Source: Narcine bancroftii (taxonomy: Eukaryota). From it: a stretch of DNA of 64,000 nt. The notes below the pieces were generated by a model, which was not told the DNA's origin, ran no database searches, and worked only from the letters and a program-made list of their open reading frames with translations. The position numbers were made by a program, and so were the translations under genes. Of this stretch, positions 50,234 to 63,329 are shown in pieces; position 1 is the first letter of the stretch, and each line of letters begins with the position of its first letter. The stretch lies in contig NC_091481.1 of the NCBI RefSeq assembly GCF_036971445.1, positions 83,204,001 to 83,268,000 on the forward strand, given 5' to 3'.

Positions 50234-51087
50234 CTGTACTAAAATGAATTAAAATAGACAATACATTTTAAAAATCTGAACTGAGCTTGCTTCAGCAAGA
50301 CTCCCTTTCAAAGACATGTCCATACTTTGGAATTGTAAACAACTCAACTTCCTCCCAGTATCTGATTAATGATCCTTCCTGATGTGATCATTTCACCACC
50401 AGCCCATCATACCCTGATCATTAATCTACCCTGTGTTCGGTTCCATCTGGTCCAATGTGCCCCCCGCTTCTCCCTGATAGCTTCTGTTTCACGTTCTCCA
50501 CCTATTAGATTTCAGCACCTGTTGACCTAGACTCTACATCACCCCCCCCCCCCCCCCTTGCCTGTCTCCTACCCCCACCTGACCCCTTCATTTCTCTCGC
50601 TTCTCTCACCCTTTGTCTGGTACCTGCCAATCATCTGCCTCTGCCTCCCATCTGACCATCTTCCTTGACCCGTGCCCAATTCCCCAATCGCCTGACTCCT
50701 GGCCAACTTCCCCCGTCCACTCCCCCGCCAAGGCACAGTTAGTGAGGCAATTAGTGCAAGGCTCTTACCGCGCCAGCGTCTCGGATTTGAACCATGTGCT
50801 GTCTGTAAGGAGTTTGTACGATCTCCCCGTGTCTGTTTCTCCCTTCAAAACATATGGGTATTGTAGGTTAATTGGGCAATTTGGGCTTGTGGGCCTGAAG
50901 GCCCTGTTACTGTGTTTTAGGTCTAAATTTAAAAACAAATATACTGCCTCTCTCCCCACTGCCCTCTCAGTCTTGATGAAGGGTTCTGACCTAAAACATT
51001 GACCAATCTCTCCCTTGCATTGATTACCCACTCTGTTCCTCAAGCAGATTGTTTATTGTGCTAAATATATGGATTGGTTGTCAACAG

Positions 51088-51168
51088 ATATCCCGGTGTG
51101 AACATCCAGAACTTCACCAGTAGCTGGAGGGACGGACTTGCGTTTAATGCTCTCATCCACAAGCACAG
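51088..51168 (+). CDS. SPTBN4: SPTBN4 exon, CH2 domain ([28 protein letters not shown])
   Basis: 81 nt, phase 2/2, AG/GT. Confidence 0.96.
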
Positions 51169-53671
51169 GTGCGGAACTTGAGGCTGGGGTCTGGGGGCAC
51201 AGTGTTTGTGTCTGGAGCCTAGCAATTCAGTTTGGCAGTGTCAGCTCCCTGGTTCCAAACCCAAGAACTCTGAGCACTAATCAAATTGCAGGCGTATGTG
51301 GGGCTTAGTTCAGTTCTTGCAGTTGGGTCTGGAGTTAGGGCACTCCTAGCCCTGATGTGTGAATGACTCTTGGAGGGGCTGGGGTTTAGCTCAAGGGATC
51401 CTTTTATTGTCATGTAATGTTAAAAATGTAATAGACTTTAACTTTTGTCTGCCGTGAGGCAAATAAAGAGTCTCTGTTGTGTTGGAAGGGAAACAGGTTC
51501 AACCATGGGTTCAAAGAGCAATGAATCTGGACACAGGCTGTACACAGGAAGGATCTTTATTAAAACACATATAAGGGGACCGTGGTGAAACAAGATGGGG
51601 TGAAGATGCTGTGATTGTAGTAAACACACCAAAATGCTGGAAGAACTCAGCTGGGTGTTTTCAGCATCCATAGGAGACAAAGATATATTGCCGACGTTTC
51701 AGGCCTGAGACCTTCTTCAAGGAAAATTTAGAAAAGGCAGAAGCAGGATATATCAGAAGGTCTCAGACTTCAAACAATGGGAGAGGAATCCAGACCAACA
51801 AAAGGTGTTAATTAGATGTGATAAGGGACTGGATAGAATTTTATCATGTCTATGCAAAAGGAGACATGATAAAATTCTATGCAAAAGGAGACAGGGAATG
51901 GAGAGATGACTGGGGAAGAAGGGGGTGGGGTTTAATGAAAGCCAAAGAAGTCAATATTAATGCAATCCGGTTGGAAGGTGCCCAGTCAGACGATGAGGTA
52001 CTGTTCCTCCAATTTACAGTCGGAAGATGATGTGTTCGCAACAGGAATGACACACACCAGTACTCTCAATCTCATGAAGCAGTATAATTAGTCACGTCGG
52101 ACTTAACACCTATTGGTGCTCGCAACTGCTTAGACTTGTACAAGCACCGTACCACCCAGTCACTTCAGATACATTCCTTGTCTTAACATGGGTATGGCTC
52201 AGATGCTATTAACAACACTATTGCCATTTACAACAGCCCCCATCTCAATGTTGTGCACACCTTACCGACAACTCCTCCAGTGTTGCCCACAGTTCACAAG
52301 CTGGAGTGGAGCAGGGTTTGCCTCAGGGCCAAATAGGGAAAAAGAGAGTGCTGCTTCACGTTGTGGACTTCACAGTACGGTAAGCTGGAGGGTCCGGCCC
52401 AGATAATTACGAGGTGATTAAAGGGACCAATGGTCAGGTGTGCACCATTGGGTGGGCATTGATTGGCAGGTGATGTGACTTCTGACTAGGTACTTGCCGT
52501 TAGAGTCACATGACAGACGAGATTCTCCTTATTACAGTCACCATGAGAATTTCCTGGTGCCTCTTTTTTTAAAAAAAAAAGCTAATTGAATCCATAGGAG
52601 ATTTACAGTCCAGAAGGAGGCCATTCACCCACCAGTTCTGACCCAGTCGAAATAAAAAGATCCCCCCCCCCCAGCTCCCCAGTGTAATCCAACCTTCCAT
52701 CACTAAAAACACATCCAAGTACTGTTTCAATGTGCTGAGGGGTTCTCTCTTGAAAAAAAATCTATATCTCGCCAATTCCAAAATTATTTTCAGTCTCTGT
52801 TTAGCTTTGGGGGGGGGGGGGGGGGGGGTGGGGAAGCAAAATCTAGGCTACTAATTAATTTTATTTAGTTGAATGAAGTCTCCCTGGAGCTGCCGACATC
52901 TTCGCAAATCTCCTCTGCATCTTAGAACATCGAACACTACAGCACAATGCAGGCCTTTCCACTCTTGATGTTGTGCCGACCGATTATATTCCTACCGAAA
53001 CAAATACTACACCCTCCCTACCTCGTTAACCCTCTATTCTTCTTCCCTGCCTGTCTGATAGTCTCTTAAATGCCCATAATATCCCAGCCTCCGCCACCAT
53101 CCCTGGCAATGCCAAAAATCCACAAATTACACCCAAAAGTGTTCAAGAAGCAAAATCTTCGTTGTCCAGTAATATTTTTAAACCAGAATTAGATAGCGAG
53201 GGAGGTGAATGCAAGGTTAGTTACGGGTTATAGTCAAAGTGGCCATGATTTTAAATGCCGGGTAATTCGAGTAATTTTTCTTTTACCTAATTCTGCTTCC
53301 AATTTGCTTGCCCATAGCATGCCTATTTTCCTCACTCTGTCCCACTGATCTTGGCCTGTGTTTCCCCTCTACCCTGATACCTCTGCACCTTGCTGCTTCC
53401 CCGTGGATCTCCAGATGTTGCGATTAGCTGGAGGAACTCAGCTAGTGCAGCAGCATTAGAGGGAAGAAAAGAATGGCTGATATTTCAGGCCACAACCCTT
53501 CATCACCCAGCCTCCATAAAGGGGTTCCAGTCTGAAACGTCGACCATTCCTTCTCCCTCTCACTGAAGCTGTTCAACCCGTTGGCTTCCTCCAGAAGATT
53601 GTTGCTCCCCGTTCCAGCGTCTACAGATTCCTGTGTGTCCGTTGTGATTCCCTGTCTCCTTGACCTTTCAG

Positions 53672-53787
53672 GCAAGATGTCGTTGACTTCAACAAGCTAC
53701 AGAAGTCCAATTTTACCTTCAACCTTCAGCAGGCATTCAGTGTAGCGGAGCAGAGGCTGGGAATCGCCAAGCTCCTTGACCCCGAAG
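53672..53787 (+). CDS. SPTBN4: SPTBN4 exon (RQDVVDFNKLQKSNFTFNLQQAFSVAEQRLGIAKLLDPE)
   Basis: 116 nt, AG/GT, phase 2 to 1. Confidence 0.95.
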
Positions 53788-53859
53788 GTATGACTTATCA
53801 ACTCGCTGCCAATCAATTCCCCGGGTAATGGTCATTCCTTACCTGTGGTGGCTGTGGGA

Positions 53860-54172
53860 TTGTCCCTGCCCTGGGATTGTGTGATGGGACAGTGTAAAGG
53901 GAGCTTCACTCTGTATCTAACCTGTGTCCCTGTCCTGGAAGTGTGTGATGGGACAGTGTAGAGGGAGCTTCACTCTGTAACCCGTTTCCCTGCCCTGGAA
54001 GTGTGTGATGGGACAGTGTAGAGGGAGCTTCACTCTGTATCTACCCCGTGTCCCTGCCCAGGGAGTGTGATGGGACAATGTAGAGGGAGCTTCACTCTGT
54101 ATCTACCCCCTGTCCCTGCCCAGGGAGTGTGATGGGACAGTGTAGAGGGAGCTTCACTCTATATCTAACCCG
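53860..54172. repeat. ~62-bp tandem repeat running into assembly gap
   Basis: gtgatgggacagtgtagagggagcttcactctgtatcta occurs five times. Confidence 0.92.
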
Positions 54173-54372
54173 NNNNNNNNNNNNNNNNNNNNNNNNNNNN
54201 NNNNNNNNNNNNNNNNNNNNNNNNNNNNNNNNNNNNNNNNNNNNNNNNNNNNNNNNNNNNNNNNNNNNNNNNNNNNNNNNNNNNNNNNNNNNNNNNNNNN
54301 NNNNNNNNNNNNNNNNNNNNNNNNNNNNNNNNNNNNNNNNNNNNNNNNNNNNNNNNNNNNNNNNNNNNNNNN
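54173..54372. other. Assembly gap (200 N)
   Basis: N run. Confidence 1.
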
Positions 54373-54744
54373 TCTGTCAGGTCTCCCCTCAGCCTCTGAT
54401 ACTCCAGAGAAAACAGCCCTAAGTTTGTCTAACCTCTTCCTATAGCTCATACCCTTCTCATCCAGGCAGCGTCCGCGTGAGCCTCCTCCGTAGCCTTTCT
54501 AAAGCCTCCACATCTTTCCTGCCGAAGAGGCAAGCAGGAATATACACTAAGGGCAGCATGCCAAAGTTCTCGATCTTTCAAAGCCACTCACCTCTCCTCA
54601 CGTGAAATCCTTCTCTCTATTATCTGCTGACTGTTTGTTGGACCCTTGTCCCTATCCGCTACTCCACTGTTCCCTGACCCCACCCCTCTACACTGCTATT
54701 TAATCTTTGCCTCTCTGTCTCCTCTCTGTTCATTTGCCTTTTAT

Positions 54745-55449
54745 TCTCTCTCTCTCACTCACACACACACTCTCACTCTATCTTTTTCACTCTCTCTCTC
54801 CCATTCTCTCTCTCTCCCATTCTCTCTCTCTCCCATTCTCTCTCTCTCCCATTCTCTCTCTCCTCGGATTCCTCTCTCTCTCGGATTCTCTCTCTCGGAT
54901 TCTCTCTCTCTCGATTCTCTCTCTCTCCCATTCTCTCTCTCTCCCATTCTCTCTCTCCCATTCTCTCTCTCTCCCATTCTCTCTCTCCCATTCTCTCTCT
55001 CCCATTCTCTCTCATCTCTCTCTCCATTCTCTCTCTCCCATTCTCTCTCTCCTCCAATTCTCTCTCTCTCTCCCATTCTCTCTCTCTCTCCATTCTCTCT
55101 CTCTCTCCCATTCTCTCTCTCTCCCATCTCTCTCTCTCTCCCATTCTCTCTCTCTCCATTCTCTCTCTCTCCCATTCTCTCTCTCTCCCATTCTCTCTCT
55201 CCCATTCTCTCTCTCATCCTCTCTCTCATTCTCTCTCTCTCCCATTCTCTCTCTCTCCCATTCTCTCTCTCTCCATTCTCTCTCTCCCATTCTCTCTCTC
55301 TCCATTCTCTCTCTCCATTCTCTCTCTCTCCCATTCTCTCTCTCTCCCATTCTCTCTCTCCCATTCTCTCTCTCTCCATTCTCTCTCTCTCCATTCTCTC
55401 TCTCTCCCATTCTCTCTCTCTCCCATTCTCTCTCTCTCCATTCTCTCTC
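54745..55449. repeat. (CCATTCTCTCTCT)n pyrimidine repeat
   Basis: Direct reading; abuts second gap. Confidence 0.95.
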
Positions 55450-55625
55450 NNNNNNNNNNNNNNNNNNNNNNNNNNNNNNNNNNNNNNNNNNNNNNNNNNN
55501 NNNNNNNNNNNNNNNNNNNNNNNNNNNNNNNNNNNNNNNNNNNNNNNNNNNNNNNNNNNNNNNNNNNNNNNNNNNNNNNNNNNNNNNNNNNNNNNNNNNN
55601 NNNNNNNNNNNNNNNNNNNNNNNNN
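55450..55625. other. Assembly gap (176 N)
   Basis: N run. Confidence 1.
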
Positions 55626-55718
55626 CTTTGTCCATCTTTTCTCTCACTTTCCCCTCTGCCTGTCTGTCTCTGTGACACCCCCCACTCCTCCCTTGACCCC
55701 CACCCACCTGCACGGCAG

Positions 55719-55904
55719 GTCCTGGACAACGCTCTGGAGGCCGAACAGACAATTGCACGGTACGAGTCGCTGGCAACCGAGCTGCTGGAGTGGATTGAAC
55801 AGACCATCGCTGCCATCGGCAATCAACGATTTGCCAACTCTTTGGCGGAGTTCAGCGGCAGCTCAAGTTTTCACCACCTATTGCACTGTGGAGAGACCAT
55901 ACAA
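55719..55904 (+). CDS. SPTBN4: SPTBN4 exon, spectrin repeat 1 (VLDNALEAEQTIARYESLATELLEWIE...FANSL...YCTVERPYK), two apparent 1-nt deletions
   Basis: AG/GT boundaries; 186 nt where phase with the next exon requires 188. Confidence 0.85.
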
Positions 55905-56404
55905 GTAGGCGCGGGGTTGTGAGGGTGGGCAGGATGGTGTCTGATCATTTCTCCACTCTGAAAATTCATTGTAGGCTCATGGAATTATCCCGCACGGACC
56001 AGGGCCTTCAGCCTAACGTCTCCGCTGACCTAGTTGGCATTCTGGGCTAGTCCCAGTCTCCTGCATTTGTTCCTTATCCTTCTAGGCCTTTCCTAGTGAC
56101 ATATTGATCATTACAGAGCAGCACAGGCCTTCGGCCCATGATGTTGTGCCGACCCATAGTTGCCTACCCAAAACCAGGTTGGTGTAGGGGTTAGCACAGT
56201 ACCTTTACAGCGCCAGCCATCAGAATTGGGGTTCAAATTCTGCGCTGTCTGTAAGGATTTTGTACATTCTCCCTGTATCTGCGTGGTTTTCACTCGAAGC
56301 TCCAGTTTCCTCCACCATTTAAAACGTACCGGGAGGGTGTATAAATTGGGCGGCACGGACTCGTGGGCTGAAATGGCCTGTTACCATCTCTAAGTTAAAA
56401 AAAA

Positions 56405-57170
56405 AATTAACTAAACACTCCTTACATCATAATCCATGTACCTGATTAAGAGTTTCTTCAATGCCCCTTTTGTTCCAGCTTCCTCTGCCACCCCTGACAA
56501 TGCATTCGAGGCACCCACAACTCTCTGTGTGTTTAAAAAAAGGTGCCCCTGATGTCTCCCCTAAACTTTCCCCCCTTCTCTTTGAACAGATGTCCTCTGG
56601 TGTTTGCTATTCCTACCCTGGAAAGAAGGTGCTGGCTGTCCACCCAATCTATGCCTCTCTTCATTCTCTATTAACTCACCGCTCATCCATCTTCACTCCA
56701 AAGAGAAAACCCTTAGCTCTGCTAACCTTGCCTCATCTATTTTCTAATCCAGGCAACATCCTGATAAATCTCCTCTACACCCTCTCTGTAGCTTCTGCAC
56801 CCTGCCTGTAATGAAGTGACCAGAGCTGAACACAGTATTCTAAGAGTGGACTCACCAGAGATTTATAGAGCTGCAACATTACCTCAGGACTCAATCACTT
56901 GATTAATGAAGCCCAGCATACCATAGGCTTTCTTAACTATCCTATCAACATGCACGCAAACCTTGAGAGATGTATGGATTTAGACCCCCAGGTCCCTCTA
57001 TTCTTCCATACTGTTAAATATCCTACCATTAACCATGTGCTCAGCCTTCAAGTATGACCTACCAAAATGCATCACTCAAACTTATCTAGATTGAACTGCA
57101 TCTGCCACTTTTTTGCCCAACTCTGCATCCTGACTATATCCTATTGTAACCTATGACAGCCTTCATCATT
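56405..57170 (-). mobile_element. CR1-type LINE fragment
   Basis: Reverse strand ctctataaatctctggtgagtccactcttagaatactgtgttcagctctggtcac and CR1 3' region. Confidence 0.75.
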
Positions 57171-59202
57171 CCTTCTGACAAATATCTTATGTACCCACTT
57201 CTGCAGCTCGTTCCAAATATGGACCATCTTCTGAGTAATTGTCCTTCATAAATCTATAAATCTGTGCCCTCTACTTCTTGAATTGTCTCAGGCATTCACT
57301 TTATCTATGCCTCTTGTGGTCTTGCAAACCTCTATAAGATCGCCCCCATCAATATCATATGCTCCAGGGAATAAAGACGAAGCCTACCCAACCTTTCTTT
57401 ATAACTCAAGCCCTCCAGCCCTGTCAACATCCTCATACCAGAGGTGCATGTGGCCAGACCTGTGTTTTTCCAGAGTTCTGTTTTTATTTTAAACATCTGT
57501 GTGTGTCACACTGTGTGACCTGCTGAGTTTCTACAGCATGTTTGTGGATTGCACTACAATCCCAGCATCTGCCGGCTCTCCTGTCTAACTCCTTGTGGAC
57601 CTGGATGAGTGTCACAAAAGCTCGCCTCTTTCTGATGAAGGAGGCGTCAGACTTCTCTGCCCCAAAGTGCTGGGTGTGAGTGAGATCCCTGAGAGAATAG
57701 CTGGGCCAGTGGCGGTGGCTGCCTTGGGAAGTGGGATGGCTGAGATGATGGTGGCGAGACTCTGGCCTGCAGCTTGGCCTCATCAGCTTCTGTCTAGCAA
57801 TGGCACTGATGTGTGAGACTTCTCTGCCTCACGTAGGAGCTCAGACCTGCAGACTGATCGTTACTTGTCTATCAATGCAGAACCATAGAACGCTGCTGCA
57901 CAGAAACAGGCCCTTCAGCCCATCTAGTCCATGCCGAACTATAATTCTGCTAGACCTACTGACCATATCTCTCCATGACCCTCCCATCCATGTACCAAAT
58001 TTAGATCTATAGCATGGTAACCGGTCCTTCTGGCCCACAAGCCCATGCTGCCCAATTGACCTACAGTCAGCACTGGATTCGAACCCCAGACCCGGCTATT
58101 GGTGCTGTAACAGTGTTGCGCTAACTGCTATGCTAACGGTTCATTTACTAAAACTGAATCTGCATTCACTTTAGCTGGCAGCTCATTCCACACTCCCACC
58201 ACTCTCTGTGTGAAGTTCCCCCTGATGTTCCCTTGAAGGATTTCTCCTTTAATCCATGTCCTCTAGTTCTCGTCTTACATAACCTGCTTGCATTTATCGA
58301 TATAATTTTATATTCAGGTTCATGGCTTGGCTTCGTGGACGAAGATCCAGGAACGACTTTAGATGTGGCCATGTCCTTCGAGCCTGCACAATGGGTTTTT
58401 TAGGTGGAGTGCAGTGTGCGCAGTACTGGCCCCACCCTTTACACCCGGGGTTTATCTGCCACGGCCTACCATGCTGGGACGGTGACAACAGGTCCTTGGG
58501 ACATAGATGTTATGCCACGTCCTTCTCCTAGATGGATGGCCTGACAAGGCTTATGAGCCCCATCCACCCTGGTTTGAAATCAGAGATTTCCTTGTGCCAA
58601 CAAAGGCTAACGAGCCCAGCCAACCCATCCAGTTATACGGCTGGACACTCGGTCACACCTTGACATAGTAAACAGTACAAACAGGGGGCACGGACAAGAA
58701 GGTGTTGCTATGGATGCAGTCATGTAGGAGAGGTCATTTGCAGTGACTCCTGTCTGGCCAAGCCAGACAGTGGCCACACAGTGATCAATACTCCGAGAAA
58801 GGAGAGGCGATGTATTACGCGTGCACTTCCCCTGGGTGAGTGGGACATCAGGCCCAGACCTCACCCTGGGAATTTTGCATACCTCGATTAAATCTCCCCT
58901 CATTCTTCTCTGCTCTCTCTCTCTCACACACATCAACTCCCCTTTGATTCCTCTCCTAGTTCCCAACACAGAGAGCTCATTTAATGGCCAATTAATGTAC
59001 CAACACATCCTTGGAATGTGGGCAAAAACCAGAACTCCTTTGGAGGGTGGAGTGGTGGTGTCTGCAAACTGCATAGACTTGCAACCAGTGCTGCTACCAG
59101 TGGCTCCGGGATCCTGGTGCTGGGCTGCGGAGATGCACAGCACGTCTGCGTTGATGGGACAGGTTTGCATGGGAGTCCATCTAGCGTGTCCTGTCTCCTC
59201 AG

Positions 59203-59320
59203 GTTCGACCAGAAGGGGAAACTGGAGGTCCTGCTGTTCACTATCCAGAGCAAGCTCCGGGCAAACAACCAGAGGGCGTATGTGCCTCCTGAGGGCAGAC
59301 TGATCTCCGAGATCAACAGG
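59203..59320 (+). CDS. SPTBN4: SPTBN4 exon ([40 protein letters not shown])
   Basis: 118 nt, phase 2 to 0, donor GTCAGT. Confidence 0.95.
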
Positions 59321-59874
59321 GTCAGTGAGCAGCGTGGCCGGCGGCCAACAGGGAGGGGGGGCAGTTTCTGAGCCAGGGGCTTCTGTTCTACCCTCGCTGC
59401 AGCCTCTGCTCTGTTTGGAGGGCATCCATTTGTGTTTGGCCAATGAGCTCCATCTTCCCAATGTTTGGGCTGGCGCTGGCAGGTGTATGATTGCAACAGG
59501 TAGCTGGTGCTGGGTCATAGTGTTGTCCAAAGGCCCATTGGGTTGACTGAGTCACTGTGTTCTGCAAAGGCCCACTGTGTTCACTGGGTCACTGTGTTCT
59601 CCAAGGGCCCTCTGCGTTCACTGGGTCACTGTGTTCTGCAAGGGCCCAGTGTGTTCACTGGATCACTGTTGTCCAAGAGACCAATGCAATCACTGAATGG
59701 CAAGTTTCTCTATAGGTTAGTGCCGCCTCTGAGTCACTATTATACGGAGCCCAGCACTGTTGGCATCACCTTATCCCAGATACCAGTCATCTACAGTTTC
59801 TCTGAGGTCCCAGACTTAGCTCTAGGCTGGGTTTTGACCCTTGCAGACCCCAGCCCTGGATGGTGTGTCATTAT

Positions 59875-60990
59875 TTGGCACATCGACAAAGTGCCACACA
59901 TGAGGCTGCCTGAACAAGTTGAGACCCTGTGGAATTATGGGAAGGATACTAGCCTGGAAGAATAGAGCATTGGCTGGGTGGCAGGAAACAGAAAGTGGGA
60001 ATCAAGGGATCCTATTCTGGTTGGCTACTGGCTACTAGTGGTGTTCCGCAGGGGTCAGTGTTGGGCCACTTCTTTTAACGTTATATATAAGTGATTTGGA
60101 TTATGGAATAGATGGCTTTGTGGTTAAATTTGATTACAAAATAGGCAGTAGGGCAGGTGGTGCTGAGGATGCAGAAAGGCTACAGAGAAATTTGGATAGA
60201 TTAGGAGACTGGGCAAAGAGGTGGCAAATGAAATCCAATGTTGGGAAGTGTACGGTCATGCACTTTGGCAGAAGAAATAGATGGGTAGACCATTATTTAG
60301 AGGAGGAGAAAATTCAAAATTCCAAGGTCCAAAGGGACTTAGGAGTCCTCGTACAGGATACCCTCAAGTTGACCTCCAGGTTGAGTTGGTGGTGAAGAAG
60401 GCGAATGAAGTGTTGGTGTTCATTTCAATAGGGATGGCATACAAGATCAAGGATGTAATGTTGAGACTCTATAAAGCAATGGCGAGACTTCACTCGGAGT
60501 ACGGTGTACAATTTGGGGCACCATTTTTGAGAAAGGCCGAGCTGGCATTGGAGAGCGTTCAGAGAGGTTTTACTAGAATGATAGCATGAATGAAGGGGTT
60601 AGTATATGAGAATGTTTGTTGGCTCTCAGACTGTACTTAAGGATGAGGGGGGACCTTGTTGAGGCATTTTGAATGTTGAAAGGTCTGGATAGAGTGGATG
60701 TGGCAAGGATATTTCCCATGGTAGAGGAGTCCAGGACAAGAGGCCATCAACTTAAAACAGAGATGTGGAAACATTTCTTTTCGTCAGAGTCTGTGGAACT
60801 TGTTGCCACAGGTGACTGTGGACGTGAGGTTGTTGGATGTATTTAAGGCAGAGACTGACAGGTATTTGATTAGTCAGGGCATCAAGGGTTTTGGGGAGAA
60901 AACCAGGGAGTGAGGCTGAGTGGGTGGATGGATCGGTTCATGATTAGAATGGCGGAGCAGACTCGATGGGCCGACTTCTTCTCCTAATCT
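59875..60990 (+). mobile_element. CR1-type LINE RT plus 3' end, abutting an SPTBN4 acceptor
   Basis: SGVPQGSVLG, ERLQRNLDRLGDWAKRWQM, tail gaatggcggagcagactcgatgggccga. Confidence 0.9.
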
Positions 60991-60999
60991 CTCCCATAG

Positions 61000-61158
61000 G
61001 CCTGGGAAAGGCTGGAGAAGGCAGAACACCAGCGAGAAGGAGCCTTGCGGAATGAGCTCATCCGGCAGGAGAAGCTGGAACAGTTGGCGCATCGATTCGA
61101 TCACAAGGTGGTGATGCGCGAGACCTGGTTAAATGAGAACCAGCGCCTTGTCTCACAG
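61000..61158 (+). CDS. SPTBN4: SPTBN4 exon ([53 protein letters not shown])
   Basis: 159 nt, phase 0/0; RFDHKV is beta-IV-like. Confidence 0.96.
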
Positions 61159-61447
61159 GTGTGTGGGCACAGACGAGGGATGGGCAGTCTCCCTATCGGA
61201 TGATCACTCTGTCTTGTGCTGTGACAGGCAAGCCCTGGCGGGGGGGAGGAAGCTGAGAGGTCTTGGCAGGGAGGATTTATAAAGTCATGAAGGACATGAA
61301 TAAAGTGAACAGTCACAGTCTTCTCCCTAGTGTAAGGAGGGCATAAATTTTAGGTTAGAGGGGAAAGATTTGAAAAGGACAACTTTTTCCACACAGAGAG
61401 TGGGTGGGTTTGAGGAATGAGCTGCCAGAGGAAGTGATAGAGGAGGG

Positions 61448-61935
61448 TACCATATACTTGTGTAATCATTGATACTGTGTAATAGTTGACACATTGATTG
61501 GGTGTTTTCCATATGACCCATGGAAAAGTCGACCCCCACCGCCCGGCTATCCAAGCTCCCAATGCTCTGATCGTGAACCTTCGCCTCGGACACTTGCCCA
61601 TCCGAGCTCCTGATGCACCAACCGCGAACCCTCACCTCGGCCGCCTGCTCGTCCGAGCTCCCAATGCCCTGACCGCGAACCTTTGCCCTGGCTGCCCACC
61701 TATCCGAGCTTCTGATGCCCAGTCGCCTGTCCACCTGGGCTCCTGATGCCCCGAATGTGGATTTACCACCCAGTCCCAGCCATCTGAACTCCCAATGCCT
61801 TGAGTGACACAGGTACTTAGCGCGATCAAAAGCATGATCTGTGTAAAAGTTGACAGCCCACCTACCCCCCCCCCCCCAAATTTGACCCAAAAAATGAGCT
61901 CAGAAATCTTGACTATTAATCGACTATATACAGTA
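61448..61935. mobile_element. Non-autonomous Tc1/mariner-like element with internal ~39-bp repeats
   Basis: taccatatacttgtgtaat ... actatatacagta termini; related inverted copy at about 17823-18095. Confidence 0.5.
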
Positions 61936-62861
61936 TGATGTTTATAAGACATTTGGACAAGGTGGAGGAATAGAAAAGATTTAGAGGGATAAGGGCGAAT
62001 GGGAAAAGCTCAGGTAGTCACCAAGAATGTCTGCAGGTGCTGGGTTTGAGAGCAACACACGAATGTGCTGGAGAAACTCGGCAGTTCACGCAGCATCCAT
62101 GGAATGTAGAGTGGTGAAACAAGGAAATGTGCAGATGCTGGGGTTCAGTTTAGCATGCAAATGTGCTGGAGAAATTCTGCTGAGAAAATCCATCCTATGG
62201 CCAGTGTGTTTTTAGTTCAGTCACTGTGACTGGAGACTTTATAAGTTTAAATGTTTGAATTTAGACGTACATACATAGCAGGCCCTTTTGGACCATGAGC
62301 CCATGCCGCCAAGTTACACCACAACCCCTGATACGTTTTGAAGGCCAGGAGCCCCGGGGAAAACGCATGCAGACCCATGGAGAAGGTACAAACTCCGTAC
62401 AGCGCGGGATTCGAATCCCGGTTCCCGTCGCTGGAGCTGTAACAGCGTTGTGCTAACTGCTACACTACTTGTGCCACCCCGTGTTTTGCTCCAGCTTATG
62501 GATGCCGTGTGACCTGCTGAGCTTCTCCGGCATGTGTATTGCAGAAGTAAAAAGCAGTTGGCGTTTCGGGCCTGAGACCTTGGCGAAGGGATCGGGAGCC
62601 ACCGCGTTGATGTCCTTTTACTTCCTAGGGATGGTACATGACCTGACGAGTTTCCCCCAGCACCTTTTTGGCGCAAGCACAGCTCATCGACTTGCTCAGC
62701 ACGGATAGGTTGGGCTGGAGGGCCTGTTTCCGAGCTGAAGGACGTGACCCTGCTCTCTGAGGAGCAGGAGGTTGAGGTTACTGTGGTCAGATGCTCTCCG
62801 GGGGGTACAGGGCTAGGGGCACGACCTTGACAAAGCTATTCTCTTCTCACCCAAATCCCAG

Positions 62862-63164
62862 GACAACTTTGGTTACGACCTCCCCGCTGTGGAGGCTGCC
62901 ATGAAGAAACATGAGGCCATCGAAGCCGATGTGTCCTCCTACAAGGATCGGGTGCAGGTCATCGCAGAGCTGGCCCGGGAACTGGAGGACGAAGATTACT
63001 ACGACATCAAGCGCATCTCTGCTCAGAGGGATAATATCTTGCGCCTGTGGAGCTTTCTGCAGGAAACGCTGATGGCCCGTCGTTCCCGCCTCAAGCTCAA
63101 TCTGTCCCTGCAGAAGATCTTCCAGGAGATGGTGCACATGATTACCTGGATGGAGGACATGCAG
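62862..63164 (+). CDS. SPTBN4: SPTBN4 exon ([23 protein letters not shown]...WMEDMQ); gene continues beyond window
   Basis: 303 nt, phase 0/0, AG/GT. Confidence 0.97.
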
Positions 63165-63329
63165 GTAGGGAGCCAGAGGTTGTCCCACTCCCCTCTACTC
63201 CCGAATCCTTATCTCCCACATATCTTCCCCATCCCTTCAGCAACCCATTCCCTAACCCCCTCCCTCCACTCACTCCCTCTCCCTCCACTCTCTCCCCTCA
63301 CCCCTTCACTCCCCCTCCACTCCTCCTCC

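Noticed and set aside
54646-55908. Ser/Leu- and Glu/Arg-rich ORFs spanning the N run
   Set aside because: CT repeat plus gap; only 55719-55904 is coding
58607-59530. 307-aa minus-strand ORF
   Set aside because: Antisense to an SPTBN4 exon plus TE scraps (RMRGDLIEV from CR1); no coherent homology
44822-63164. SPTBN4 as a pseudogene
   Set aside because: Nine exons are intact with canonical splice sites; defects are confined to the gap-adjacent region and look like sequencing or assembly errors
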